A DNA stretch of 64,000 nt from Eledone cirrhosa (Eukaryota), in the NCBI GenBank assembly GCA_964016885.1, contig OZ024741.1, positions 339,760,001 to 339,824,000 on the forward strand. Reading direction: 5' to 3'. Shown in pieces: positions 1 through 12,927 of the stretch. Numbering within the stretch: position 1 is the stretch's first letter; every line of letters starts with the position of its first letter. Position numbers and translations under genes: made by a program. Under the pieces are notes generated by a model, which was given only the letters and a program-made list of their open reading frames with translations, was not told where the DNA came from and made no database searches.

Positions 1-1729
1 GCTGGATCGCTGCGATGCAGAACCACATCTGCTCGATTGTGAAGGTGAGTGGTCACCTGGTGCAGCCTTTCAGCATCATGCGCTCGGTTCGACAGGGTTG
101 GCTCCTCTCATCCCGCTTGTACGTACTGGCCCTCGAGCCATTACTGCACAAATTGGAGACAATGAGGGGGTCCTACGCGAACTGGGATGCGGGAGATCCG
201 TGTCAGCTTACGCCGACGACGTCACCGTGGTGGTGTCGAGCACCAAACACGTCCAGGTGCTCGGCACCGCTCTCAAGGAATACGAAGCGGTGACAGGAGA
301 AAAGATAAACCAGGAAAAGTCGGTGGGCTTGCAGCTCAGCACCTGGAGAGGCAAGTCCATACCGTCCGACAGCGTCGTGGACGGAAGGACCGGTTACATT
401 GCTCGGGGTCTGGTTCGGTCCGGACCTCCAGATTGAGAAAAACTGGAGCGAGGTGACGAGCAGGGTGGCCTCTCTCACCCAGAAATGGGCCGAGAGGAGG
501 CTGGCTCTGAAAGTTCGGGCGAAGGTGGCGAATGCGTACATAACGTCCGTCATCTGCTACCGCCTGACCGTCGTACCTTGCCCACGCCCAACTCTGACCA
601 AAATGGAGCGCCTTCTCTTCCGCTTTTCGTGTAAGGGACGTGCTCCCATGGTCAGACGATCCATTTGCTGTCAACACCCGTTGCGTGGAGCACTAGGCAT
701 GCTGTGGCTGATGATGCGCAAATATGCGCTGAGGCTGCGACGTCTCTAGTGCTTCCTTGACGGTGAACAGGTGTGGTCGCCGTTTGCCAGACGCGCTTTT
801 CCCCAGCTCGTCTCCTTGACGGAGCTGCACTCCTGGATCAGGAAAAGACCGAGAGATAGAGCTTGGAAGCTGGAATGATTCCAAGCGCTCACCGCCCTCT
901 ACCAGCTGGGCACTAGTATCGGTGAAACATCCAACTCGGCGTTCTATAGAGGGCTAGTGGACGGAAAGAGCGACGACGTTCTCGGGGAGACCCTGGGCGT
1001 CGAAGACGATCAGCTGTTCGATCTCTTCAAGAGAACTTTCAGACCGGGGCCTATGGACAACTTCCTGAAATCCCTGGCCTGGCAGTGCTACCGGGGAGAG
1101 TTGCCGGTTCGGGATAAGCTCTACAGAAACGGAGGTGCTGTCAGCCGAGCCTGTCCGAGATGTGCGCAGGGCGACGAAACCGTGGTGCACGCACTCGTTC
1201 AGTGCCCGAGGATTGCTGACTTGTGGAGCTATGTCGAACAGTTGCTGTCGTGTGTAGGAAGGATCCGGTTATCGACTGAGTCCATTATGCAGATAGCCCC
1301 ACCATCCTCCTTTAAAGAGGAGGAAGGGCAGGCAGTTTTCATCTGCCTGGTGGCCTGGCCATGGTGAAAGAGATTATGTGGTGGACAAGATTGAAAGGGT
1401 TGAAGAAGGACACTTTTCTCTTCGGCCAATCTCTGATTAACTTTTTCAAGTTTCACTTGAAGAGGAAAATCAGGGTGGAGAGGCAAGTGCTGTCTTCTAG
1501 TAAGTTTGTTGAAAGGTGGGTGAAAGTGGCGAGTCTGGTCCGAGTAAACGGGCCCGCTCTGAGTATACGCCTGTAGACTGAGGAATGGAAAAGTGAGAGA
1601 GGGCGCTTGCCCTGGTGGTCAGGGTGAACGTGGTCTTTTGTGTGGTTTTCACCACGAATGACATTCGCAGACCCCCCCCCCCTCCCTCTTTTTTTCTTTT
1701 TTGATTTCTATCCCGATTTCTATATTGTT
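1..1729 (+). pseudogene. L1/Tx1-clade LINE copy A: 3' part of ORF2 (RT, C-terminal CCHC) plus partial 3' UTR, decayed
   Basis: Fragmented frames give RQG..LSS.LYVLALEPLL, SAYADDV, LLGVWFGPDL, CPRCAQGDETVVHALVQC; colinear with ORF2 at 9000-10515; several frameshifts and stops; ORF2 stop at 1576. Confidence 0.93.
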
Positions 1730-1820
1730 ATAAAATAAAGTACCAGTAATACACTGGGGTAGATTTAATCTATTTTCCACTCCCCCTTCAAATTGCTGGC
1801 CTTGAGCTTAAAGTAGAAAC
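1730..1820 (+). mobile_element. 3' half of tRNA-SINE family 1
   Basis: ataaaataaagtaccagtaat...ggccttg...aaagtagaaac matches the reverse complement of the SINE at 56177-56357. Confidence 0.75.
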
Positions 1821-1974
1821 AATTATTATTATCGTTGTTGTTGTTTGTTTGTTGTTGTTTAGCCCCAGGTCAATCTTGACTAAATGAATATACCAACAAC
1901 ATTCCATTTGTGACCATTCCATCTTATTGTCAGCCCAGGTGTAGCAAGGACTATGTAATCGTTCATCTCCAGCG

Positions 1975-2285
1975 TTATCACCATTATCACCGTCTTCATC
2001 GTCTTCAGTCATCACTATCATCGTCACCAACATCACCAACATCACCATCGTCATCACCATCATCATCATCATCATCATCATCACCATCATCATTACCATC
2101 AACATCACCATCATCATCATAATCAGCAATCATAATCTTCACCACCATCATCTTAGTCGTCATCATCATCACCATCATCATCACCATCAATCACCATTTT
2201 CACCACCATCATCTGTCTAACTGTCATCATTACCACCATCACTAATCATCATCTTCACCACCACCATCTTTGACGTCATCATCAC

Positions 2286-2347
<62 letters not shown>

Positions 2348-2406
2348 CCATCATCACCATCATCATCATCATAACCATCATCACCATCACCATCATCATC
2401 ACTACC

Positions 2407-2438
<32 letters not shown>

Positions 2439-2555
2439 TACCATCATCACTATCATCATCACCATCATCATCATCATCACTACCATCATCATCATCACCA
2501 TCACCAACATCATCATCATTACCATCATCACTACCACCATCCTCATCATCATCAT
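1975..2555. repeat. (ATC/ACC)n imperfect trinucleotide microsatellite
   Basis: Direct inspection. Confidence 0.95.
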
Positions 2556-3007
2556 TCATTTTTGTCTTAAATCATCGTTTCTGCAACATCTAAACTGAAA
2601 GGTCTGCTCTGCGCAGTCCCTAGTGAGACAGGAAGCAACCGAAAGACCCCCACCCTCACCCCAGCCAACTCCGTCAATCCACAACATCAGGGAATAAACA
2701 TGAGGTGATGGAAAAGAGACTGGCTTAGAGGTTTGGCGGAGTTTCAAGTAATAGAAAAAATGGCGAAAGAGAGGAAGAGACAGAGAAATGTGGTGAAAGA
2801 GAGAGAGAGGGAGACAGAGCGGGGAGAAATGGGGAGAGAGAGGGGAAGGGACAAAGAGGGAAAAATGGGGAGAAAGAGCGAGAGAGGTGGAGGGAGAGGG
2901 AGAGGGAGAGGGAGAGGGAGGGGGAGAGGGAGAGAAATGGGGAGAAAGAGAGAGACAGGGAGGAAGGGGAGAGAAACATACAGCATATATATATATATAT
3001 ATATATA

Positions 3008-3056
<49 letters not shown>

Positions 3057-3062
3057 TATATA

Positions 3063-3252
3063 TAACGAAGGAATTGTGGTAAAGAACCAGATGGACCATA
3101 ACGCACCAAAGTACTCAATACTTAGGGTAGTAGAGTGGGTAATAGGAACAAGTATGACCCCGACGGCAGAGCTCAAGCCGTTTCGACGGCTATTTCTGGA
3201 CGGAAAAAGCCGTTGAAACGGCTTGAGCTCTGCCGTCGGGGTCATACTTGTT

Positions 3253-3256
<4 letters not shown>
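3063..3256. mobile_element. Internally deleted copy of the HHR inverted-repeat element family (tail plus hairpin) inside (TA)n
   Basis: Tail aacgaaggaattgtggt...ggaccataacgcacca shared with 42393 and, inverted, with 36833-36912; arms 3142-3190 and 3209-3256 are near-perfect inverted repeats. Confidence 0.8.
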
Positions 3257-3321
<65 letters not shown>

Positions 3322-3603
3322 TATGTGTATATATATTATACAAGAAGGTAGTACTGCATAATCGTAGTTCTGGTTGCGGGCAAGCTAACGAATGCTGTCG
3401 AGAAGTGTAGCCAAAAGCACTCAATAAGAGATTTTACCTTAGAGTTATAACATTACGTTTAGACAGCTATGCAAATTGAAGCCAGCGACCGAAAAAGGAG
3501 CCGCTAGGACCAAAACAACGAAAAAACCGACTCAGAGAAGTGTTTGACAGTTACCTGGTTTATATATATATATTATATTATCAATTGACTGACAGGAAGA
3601 TAT

Positions 3604-3646
3604 ACGGTGCTGATGACAGCTAATAAGCTAGAAAGTAGTTCATCGT
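3604..3646 (+). ncRNA. Minimal type-I hammerhead ribozyme motif (partly degenerate)
   Basis: acggtg-CTGATGA-c agct aata agct a-GAAA-gtag-TT-catcgt; 6-bp stem I with one GU; stem III one change away from palindrome aactagtt. Confidence 0.6.
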
Positions 3647-3877
3647 TCCTTTGTCAGTGTTGAACAAAAGGGCAACGACGGTTGCCGAACACTGTACGGC
3701 TTAATTCGGGCTGTTTGTTTACAAACAAACCGAACATTATAATAAATGTTCGGTAAACCCATACGTACATATATATATATATGTGCATGTATGTATGTAT
3801 ATACATACTACTGTACATCTGTAGACATATATGTATGTACGTATACATACTTATATTTATATATTATATATACTGTA

Positions 3878-4098
<221 letters not shown>

Positions 4099-4315
4099 TA
4101 AACGGAATAGAAAATGCTGACAAATTGTTCACAGTTGAAAAATGGTTTAATTAGGAATAAAAGAGTATTAGTGATTGTATGGGTTAGTATTCAGTTGTGG
4201 TTTTAAGTTTTTAAAGTTTTTACCGGTTGCGCATTTCTAAATGCTTTTCAAAAATAATTTTGAGATAGAGTGTCCGTGTTGTTTGCTCTGATCTGTTTAG
4301 TTTTGGGAATTCTAC

Positions 4316-4562
4316 CTGTTTTTATGTTAAAAAAAGTGGCTCCAGCGTTACTTTGGTGTTGCAAAAATTCTTGTGGTCAAAACAATTTTGATTGGTCGGT
4401 AGAGGTCATGTGAATGTAAAAAATTTATTTTGCGCCAAGACTGTTTTTATGTTAAAAAAGTGGCTCCAGCGCTATTTGGTGTTTGCAAAAATTCTTGTGG
4501 TCAAATCAATTTTGATTGGTCGGTAGAGGTCATGTGAATAAAAAATTGGTTTTGCGCCAAGA
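4316..4562. repeat. Tandem duplication of ~124 bp
   Basis: ctgtttttatgttaaaaaagtggctccagcg...tttgcgccaaga occurs at 4316-4440 and 4441-4562. Confidence 0.9.
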
Positions 4563-4580
4563 TTGAGAAATGACTCTTTC

Positions 4581-4683
4581 ACAACAAATATGTGTGTGTG
4601 TGTGTGTGTAGTAGTAGTAAGGTGTTCGATGTTGTGATAATGGTTAGCAGGGATGTGTGTCAAATGGCTATTAAGATAAGTGT

Positions 4684-4754
<71 letters not shown>

Positions 4755-4894
4755 GCAGAGTAATACACACACACACACACGCACTTCTCCGTATAAGACA
4801 AAAGCTGAAAAATATCTTTTGACATGCTAAAATACCCCCCATTGCTTTCAGACACATTCTTACTGACCATCCCTGCTACCACGAATTACTCTGC

Positions 4895-4925
<31 letters not shown>

Positions 4926-5024
4926 TTATCTTAATAGCCATTTGACACACATCCCTGCTAACCATTAACACAACATCGAACACCTTACTACTACTACACA
5001 CACACACACACACATATTTGTTGT
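4581..5024. repeat. Long inverted repeat (arms 4581-4764 and 4885-5024, ~120 bp spacer)
   Basis: gtaaggtgttcgatgttgtg...caaatggctattaagataag...tatagcagagtaat is the reverse complement of attactctgctata...cttatcttaatagccatttg...catcgaacaccttac. Confidence 0.92.
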
Positions 5025-5228
5025 TTTTATATTTTTACACGACTGTATGTAAAATCCCCGGCATGTCTTTGTATTGTCCCCTATTCCATCGGGATTTACC
5101 CTTACTATAGTAAGTACCGGATAAATTTTTCAGTGCAACACATTTGGAACACTAACCCCTGTTATTTAGGGAAACATTTTTGCATTTACCCCTTTTTCTA
5201 TTTGCCGAAAAATTTCTTTCTTGGCAGC

Positions 5229-7076
5229 ATGGCGGAAAAGATGGCAGACATGTCTGCCATTAGCTCTGCCACGCCCCCCAAGTCTGAAGAACAAAAAATA
5301 ATTACAACAAAATTAGACAACGAAACAAACAAGGAACATGAAAAAACAAATGTTAAGGAAAATGAGCAAACGGAAAACAAACAAACAGAAAATAATACAA
5401 ATAACAACAGGGCAACTTTCGCCCAGAAAACAAAACAATCCATAACATACACACCAATTGACTTAACTGCCGCCAGAGAAAAACTGGCCGAAGCGAAAAA
5501 ACAAATAGTCTTGGGGGAGAACGGAATGTTTTCCATTAACTCCCCCCCCCCCCCCAGAATTCAAGAAAGCCAGAACAGAGAGCACAGTTCTCTTCAGAAC
5601 TATACTGAACCAAACAAGAAAGCCATCACAGCCCAGCCAAATGGAAATAGAGTTGGTCCTAAAAGACTATATGAAGAATATTCTCTTCATACGAAAGGAC
5701 CGACTCTATGGCAGCATTTCGGTCTTAACAAAAGACAAGGAAACGGCGGAGAAGCTTTCCCTAAGCCCACTCTCATCGACAACATACAGCTTCTATCCCT
5801 CCTATATGGGTAGAAGAACACAGAGAGTAAAAGTAAAAACAATGCTGCCCACAATGGACTTCTGGTGGGCTATTGCTGGCTTCATAGACATGGGCGAAGA
5901 CACAATGCTGTCAATGGGGAAGGCAACTGGAGATGCGTTCCTGGGAATGGGCCTCGACATACTAGTCCAAATGAGGCCCGAAAGAATAGCACATATCCCG
6001 GATCGCATCTGGCTGGATGACCTTACCCCAATAGATATAATTGTAGAGGGGAGAAGACCAGCATGCTATTTATGCATGGAAAGGGGACACGTTAAGGCTA
6101 ACTGCCCGAAACGTATCCCCCAAAAAGGACTATTGCCCACACCCACCACAAACAGTACACCAACACCACCCACCTCCAAAAATACACTAATACCACACAC
6201 AGCAAACAAAATACAGACACCACCAACCACAAACACAACACAAACATCACCACCACCAGCAACAAACACAAGCACGACACAAAAATCACCACCACCAACC
6301 ACAACACAAACATCACCACCACCATCACCAACCACAAGCACGACACAAACATTACCACCACCACCACCACCACAAAACCCATTCCAAACAAATAATAAAA
6401 AAAACAGTAACAAATCTACCCCTCCCGCAAAAAAAAACAACCACACAACACGTCCCTCCCACCTAGCGCTGAAGAGTTTCCCCCAACTTCTGAAGAAGAA
6501 GGAGGAGAAGCCTTCAGACAAGTTAAAAGAAAAAAAAGAAAACACACACCCAGCACACCACAAATAACCCACACACAAACACCAACTCCAATCAAAAACA
6601 CCCCACCCTCAACAAACAAAAATAAATCTGCGCCTCCCCTCTCCGGAACATTGACAGCATCACAAAAAAAGACGTTGCAATACACATATATAAATAAAGA
6701 AAACAAAAAGCTGGTTAAATTAATAAACAATAACCCTATGGTGCAGACCGAAGGGCCAAACTTTATCTCAACAGAGAACTTCACCCATTTAAAAATGATA
6801 ATGGTCCCTCTGGACCTTTATCGTTCCTTAAAAGAACAATTTAGACGGGACGTGAGCCCCCCCCCCTGTTTAAAACCGTTAAATCGCGTCTTCTTGAAAG
6901 ATTTCCCCATAACCGCCCCTCTCCCTGACACAACTCCAAATACCCCAACCCCACCACACACGGGTACCCCCACACCACCACAAAACATCCCTCCACCCAA
7001 CACACCTGATGCCATGGAAATTACACAACCCGGAGAGGTAGGTGCTTTTCTTTCTTCACATTCAACACTAAAATAG
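5229..7076 (+). pseudogene. Copy B ORF1 (nucleic-acid-binding, CCHC knuckle), frameshifted at C14 (5542-5555) and probably A9 (6429-6437)
   Basis: Joined frames align to copy C ORF1 (G.FSINSP, LYGSISVL.KD, F.P.YMG.RTQ, VEGRRP.CY.C); knuckle CYLCMERGHVKANC; basic patch KRKKRK. Confidence 0.88.
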
Positions 7077-10000
7077 ATCAATTGAGAGTTGGCTGTTTGA
7101 ACGCGCGTGGCCTGGGCTCAGCTTGGAAGCAAGCAAAGCTTCTAAATGACCTCAGGTCACAAAGTATAGATGTGATGGTTGTTTGCGAGAGTCGGATCAG
7201 CAGCGTGAGACAGCTGGCGCCCGCCTTCGATGACTTTGAGATGCACGCATCTCTCTGTCAACCCGGAGGCGGGGGGGGGGGGGAGTTGCCGTACTGCTGG
7301 ATAAACGTCTGGCTCTCGACGTACAGATTGTTCACTCGGACCCGGGGGGTCGATTACTGGTGCTGGACGTCGGAGGCGGTGAAGGCGGGGCTTTCAGACT
7401 GGTCGGTCTTTATGCCCCCTTCGGGGCTGAAAGAGCCGACTTCTTCCAGCGTCTGGAAACTTTTCTAGGAACGTCGCGTTCCCTGCTTTTAGTGGGGGAC
7501 TGGAATGGAATCCTAGATGCGCGTTGGGACTATGCAGGGGCATGTCCCGATAGAGGGGGGTGTAGCAGCCTCAAGGGGTTACTCGATCGATTCGACCTGG
7601 TCGATAGATTTCGACTAGATTGTCCAACTGCGCCAACCTGGACCTGGGCAAACCGCAGTGGACAATCTAGATCGTACCTAGATAGGTTTTTGGTTAGGAA
7701 TAAGGATAGGGACGTATTTAGTTGTCCAGAATTGATCATGGTTGGCTATTCAGATCATAAATTAGTGACCTGCGTGGTCAACCTTGATAGAACGCATAGA
7801 CAGGGTCCCGGTTACTGGAAGATGAACTTGTCCTTGCCGGCAAAGAAAGATTACAGGAACCGGATTAGTAGCTTAGTTAAGATGCGGTTGACGGGAGCGA
7901 TCGTCAACAGTAGGTGGTGGGTATCTCTAAAGAGAGAGATTAGAGTAAGTTCGATAGGTTACAGTAAGGAACTAGCGGCGAATAGAAATAGGAAGGAAAG
8001 GGAGTTAACAGATAAACTAGAAGAGGCGATTAGGAGCGGAGATGTAGCCAGAGTATTAGCGGCGAGAACGGCGTTGAGTCAGTTCTTTGACGCGAAGCAC
8101 GAAAGCTGCGTTGTCCGAAGTAAAATACGTGCTTTAGGAAACGAGGGGACCAAAGCTGTTAGCTGGGCCCGCGTGACAGAAGCCAAGAGTGGGATTAAAT
8201 CCACCATTCTGTCTTTGCGAGACCAGGATGGACGGGTGATCCTTGAACCTGAGCGGATGTGCGAGGCCTTTCAAAGGAACTTTGCTCGACTGTTCGGAGG
8301 GGGCGGGGGGCCGGACGGGGATGTGGACTTCGGTCCATACCTCGACGGTCTACCGCGTCTTTCGAGCGGCGAAGCGGAGTGCTGCGAAAGGCCAATCACA
8401 GCCACTGAAATCGGGGAAGCGCTCAGCCAATGCAGCAGACGCAAATCCCCGGGTCTCGATGGTCTACCATACGAACTTTATTTAGCTATGCCGGTCTTGT
8501 TCTCCGAACTCCTCGAGGCTGTCTATTGCAACTGGCAACAGAACGTGAGAATTCCCTGTTCTGTGACCAAGGGCGTGGTCACGCTAGTGAGGAAGGACGA
8601 GAGCAAGGGGGACGACTTAAGTAACTTTAGGCCCATAACTCTGCTGAATGCAGAGTTACAGATTTTGGCCAAGGTGTTGGCGAAGAGGTTGGCGCTTGTG
8701 GTGGGTGGTTTGGTGGGAGACGCGCAGACATGCGCTGTCCCGTCCAGGTCCATTCACGACAACCTCCACCTCATGCGATACATCATAGAGAGGGTTGGCA
8801 ACGAACCCGGCTTTGGTGGGGCCCTGATCAACTTGGATCAATCTAAGGCGTTCGATAGGGTCGACCATGGTTACCTGGATGCGGTGCTAGCGGCGGCGGG
8901 CTTCGGACCCGTTTTCAGGGGCTGGATTTCTGCCATGCACAGTGGCAACATCTACTCTAGGATTAAAGTAAACGACTACCTTTCGGAGCCGTTTCAAATC
9001 ACCCGGTCCATCAGACAGGGGTGCCCCCTTTCCTCCCTTCTGTACGTATTGACCCTCGAGCCACTGCTGCGGAAGTTGGAGTTGCTGCGGGGCATACCTC
9101 TGGAACCGGGATTGCACAAAGCGGTCTCGGCCTATGCCGACGACGTAACAGTAATGGTGGCGGACGCCTCGGAAATCGGGGCGATCGCCACCCTACTGGA
9201 GGAATACGAAAGGCTGACGGGGGCTAGGCTGAACCAGGACAAGTCAGTCGGTTTGCAACTCGGAACGTGGAGGGGCAAACCGATGCCGTTAGACGGTGTC
9301 GTCGGGCGGTGGACGGAGGGCCCGGTGAAGCTGCTCGGGGTCTGGTTCGGACCGGACCTCCAGGTGGAGAAGAATTGGGGCGAGGTGACGAGCAGGGTGT
9401 TTGCGCTGACCCAGAAGTGGGCCAAGTGCAAACTATCACTGAAAGGTCGGGCGGAGGTGACGAACGCTTACATAGCGTCCGTCATCTACTACCGCCTGAC
9501 CGTCGTGCCTTGCCCCAAGGAAAAGCTCACCATCATGGAACGCATGCTCTTCCAGTTCCTCTGGAAGAAGCGGCCTCCCATGGTGAGGAGATCCATCTGC
9601 TGCCAGCACCCTTCGAAAGGAGGGCTGGGTATGCCGTGGCTGTTGATGCGTAGGCACGCATTGAGGCTACGGCATCTACAGGTATTCCTCAATGGTCAGC
9701 CGGTGTGGGCCCCGTTTGTGAGGCGAGCCTTCCCACAGCTCGTCTCGCTCACCGAACTGCAATCCTGGGTGAAGCAAAGACCGAGAAAACTGGGCAACTG
9801 GCACACCGAGTGTGCCCAGGCGCTCACGGCTATCTGGCAAGCGGACCCGACTATCAGTGGAGAATCGACCTCGACATTCTATAGAGGGTTGGTGGCTAGC
9901 AAGGGCGACGACACCCTTGGAGAGTCGCTAGGCATGGAGGAGGACGAACTGGCCAGCCTGTTCGGTAGAACTTTCGGCCCGGGACCCATGGACAACTTCC

Positions 10001-10515
10001 AGAGGTCCCTAGCCTGGCAGTGTTACCGGGGGGCTCTGCCCGTTCGAGAAAAGCTCTACAGACACGGGCGCCCGGGCAGGGATCCCGCGAAAAAGATCTG
10101 CCCCAGATGCGTGCGCGACGAGGAAACCGTTGCGCATGCACTGGTACACTGCCCGGGCGTTGCCGATCTGTGGGGCTACGTCGAACGACTGCTGTCGCGT
10201 GTGGCGCCGATTCGATTAACCGCCGAGTCTGTGGTGAACATCAAGCCGCCTCCTCCCTTCAGAAATGAAGCAGAGGCGGTCTTTCTGTGCGTAATAGCCA
10301 TGATGAAAGAGGTTGTGTGGTGGACGCGCCTTAAAGGTCTGAGGTCGGGTGACTTTCTCTCCGGCCATCACCTGGTTTACTTCTTCCGATACCACTTCGG
10401 AAGAAGGATCAGGATGGAGAGAGAAGTGCTTGGCCCCAGACAGTTTTATGAAAGGTGGGTGAAAGAAGCGAGAATGGCCCGTGTAAATGGGCCTTCTCTC
10501 TACATTGTTCTGTAG
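7073..10515 (+). CDS. Copy B ORF2: APE endonuclease, reverse transcriptase, C-terminal CCHC; frameshift in G13 run (7271-7283), start apparently ATG>ATA
   Basis: LNARGL, VGDWN, SYLDRF, SDHK (EN); KSPGLDG, FRPITLLN, LDQSKAFDRVDH, RQGCPLS, YADD (RT); CPRC..DEETVAHALVHC. 1051 aa open at 7360-10515. ATA-GAT-CAA-TTG-AGA-GTT aligns to copy C ATG-GCC-AAT-ATA-AGA-GTT. Confidence 0.93.
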
Positions 10516-10978
10516 GTGAAGAAGTGAAGAGGAAAGGGGGAGCGCCTCCTCTCTGGGCTTCCCCCGCGAAAAGAGTTACACACTTTTCGGGGGTATGTGC
10601 AATCCCCAACACGCCCCCTCCCTTTTGAGGACTTTTTATTGTTATATTATTATTGTTATTCCTTTTTTCTTTACTCGATTTATGTAAACTCCCCCACTGT
10701 GTAAATGTCCCCTTCTTTTGTGCCCTCGTGGCAAATAAATAGAAATTTATCTATCTATCAGACGTGTGTCACTTCGCGGAGAAGTTTCCGTTAATTTATG
10801 TAAGAAAAAAACGTGAGTTTTTAGTTAAATTTTATATCATTGTGTAACTTGACCACCCGTCTGGACCTTCAGGTGCTGGGTCAACTCATTTTCGCCCCTA
10901 CAGGGGCAGAATATCCATTTAAAAAAAATTTTTCTCCATCGAATCTTTGAAAAAATATTGTAAAATTTTGATTACGTT

Positions 10979-12894
10979 ATGAACGCTGCGTCCAACGATA
11001 ATGGTGGTGGAGAGGCGGTAAGACTACAAAGCTCGCAGTCAACAACGTCTTCTTCACTAGATACTATAGAGATGGAAAGACAAAATGAAAATAAAAAAAC
11101 CAATTCATATCCAAACAACACAAATGACACCGAACACTTCAATGACAACAAAAATAACAGCAAAACCAATAATGATGATAAAAGCAACAATGATAACAAC
11201 AACAAAGAAAAAAATAAAGACAACGCCAATAACACCAGCATCAAAGACAACAACAACACCAAGGAAAATACGGATGATACCAACATCGGTGACAACAAGA
11301 ATAACAACAACAATAACAACAATAATGACAACACCACCAATATGGATTCCACAAAGAAACCAAAAATCTCCTTTGCAGAGAAAGTTCAAAAGAAAGAAGA
11401 ATTGATATATCTCGACATAACAAATGCTGAACAACTTTTAAAGGACGCTAAAAGATATGTCACGTTCGAAAAAAATGGTGCTTTCAGCATCAATTCTCCG
11501 GTAGAAATTCGCAAGGAAACTGCTCTCAAAACGATAGTTTTTAGGACAGTTTCCAATTCTACCCGAAAACCAGTCCAATTGTCACAGAAAGAAACTGAAC
11601 TGGTTTTCAAAAATTCAATGAATGATATTGCATTCATTCAAAGAAGCAAACTTTTTGGGAGTATTTCGGTACTCATGAAGGATCAATTGACGGCCCAAAA
11701 TTACTCTGTGTCGCCAATTGTATCCAACCTGTACACCTTTTTCCCAACATACATGGGAAAAAGGACACAAAAGATCAGAATCACGAGTGTCACACCAAAG
11801 GTGAACATATGGTGGATACTGTGCGGCTTCATCAATTTTGATGAAGACAGAATACTGTCAGTAGGAAAGTCCCCCAGAGATGTATTCAATGGGACTAGCA
11901 TTGAAGTTCTGGTGCAAATGAGCCCAGAGCGAATAGCTATGATCCCACAACGTGTACTCCTGGACGGACTCACCTACATAAACTTTTCGGTTGAGGGTAG
12001 GCGACCTTCATGTTACCATTGCTTTAGCAGGGGGGACCTGAGGGCTTCCTGTCCTAAATTAATGAATAAAAAAATGGCTCTTCTGCCGACACCCATCAAA
12101 ACAACACAACCACCAACACCACCACAACAACAACACCAACACACAAAAATAACCACAACAAACACAGTCCCACCCAACCCCACTCCACCTAAAACCACTG
12201 CAAAATCACATACAGACACAACAGCTCCCCAAGACATACCCCTCCCCAATCACACAGACGATACAACAGATGAGGCTATCTCGCCATCACCCAGTGAAGA
12301 CGAGGGAGAACCCCATCGCTCGAAAAGAAAGAAAAGACATCACAAAAGCAAAAAACCAGCAAACACTACCACAAACATACAACCACCAACACAAACAACA
12401 AAAAACATCACAAACAAAACCCCCACCTCCTGAAAACAAAATACTTACAACAAAACGAAAGCACACACAAGAACTACAGACAAAAACAAACACAACACAA
12501 GAAAATGACACTTACACTTACATAAACACTGAAAACAAAACACTAATGGAGACCATCACGAACGACCCTTCGGTGAAAACCGAAGGGAAAACTTTGGCCC
12601 ACTCTATTAAAAATAGCAAAAAAACTGAACCTAAAACTGATTAGGGTCCCTATACAAACTTATAAGTCCCTAAAAGAAACATTTGAGAAGGATGTGGGGA
12701 ATTCCTGCGTGAAACCACTCAACCGCGTCCTTCTCAAATGTCTCCCCACCCCAGACACCCCCATCCCACCAGACCCCACCCCACCAAACATCTCCGTCCC
12801 CACCCCGCCGGAAACCACCACCCATCCAGACAACCCCTCCAATACCCCCATGGAAATCGTGCGGCCTGGTCCCCAGGAGACGAAGGGTGAGTGA
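10979..12894 (+). pseudogene. Copy C ORF1 (N-rich N-terminus, degenerate knuckle CYHCFSRGDLRASC, T/P linker, conserved C-terminal domain), frameshifted in the 3' third
   Basis: 484 aa open frame 10979-12433, continuing in frames 12270-12644 and 12694-12894 that match copy B 6651-7076. Confidence 0.88.
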
Positions 12895-12927
12895 TCTCTT
12901 TTCCTCTTTTAAGTTTTCAGCACCAAC

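Larger units (their letters stand above)
5100..10759 (+). mobile_element. L1/Tx1-clade LINE copy B, near full length (5' boundary approximate)
   Basis: ORF1 plus ORF2 (APE-RT-CCHC), 3' UTR with AATAAA at ~10734 and short (TATC) tail. Confidence 0.95.

Noticed and set aside
12887-12920. Mini-intron fusing ORF1 to ORF2 (also 7038-7076)
   Set aside because: 34-39 nt is very short and removal does not put ORF2 in frame in either copy.
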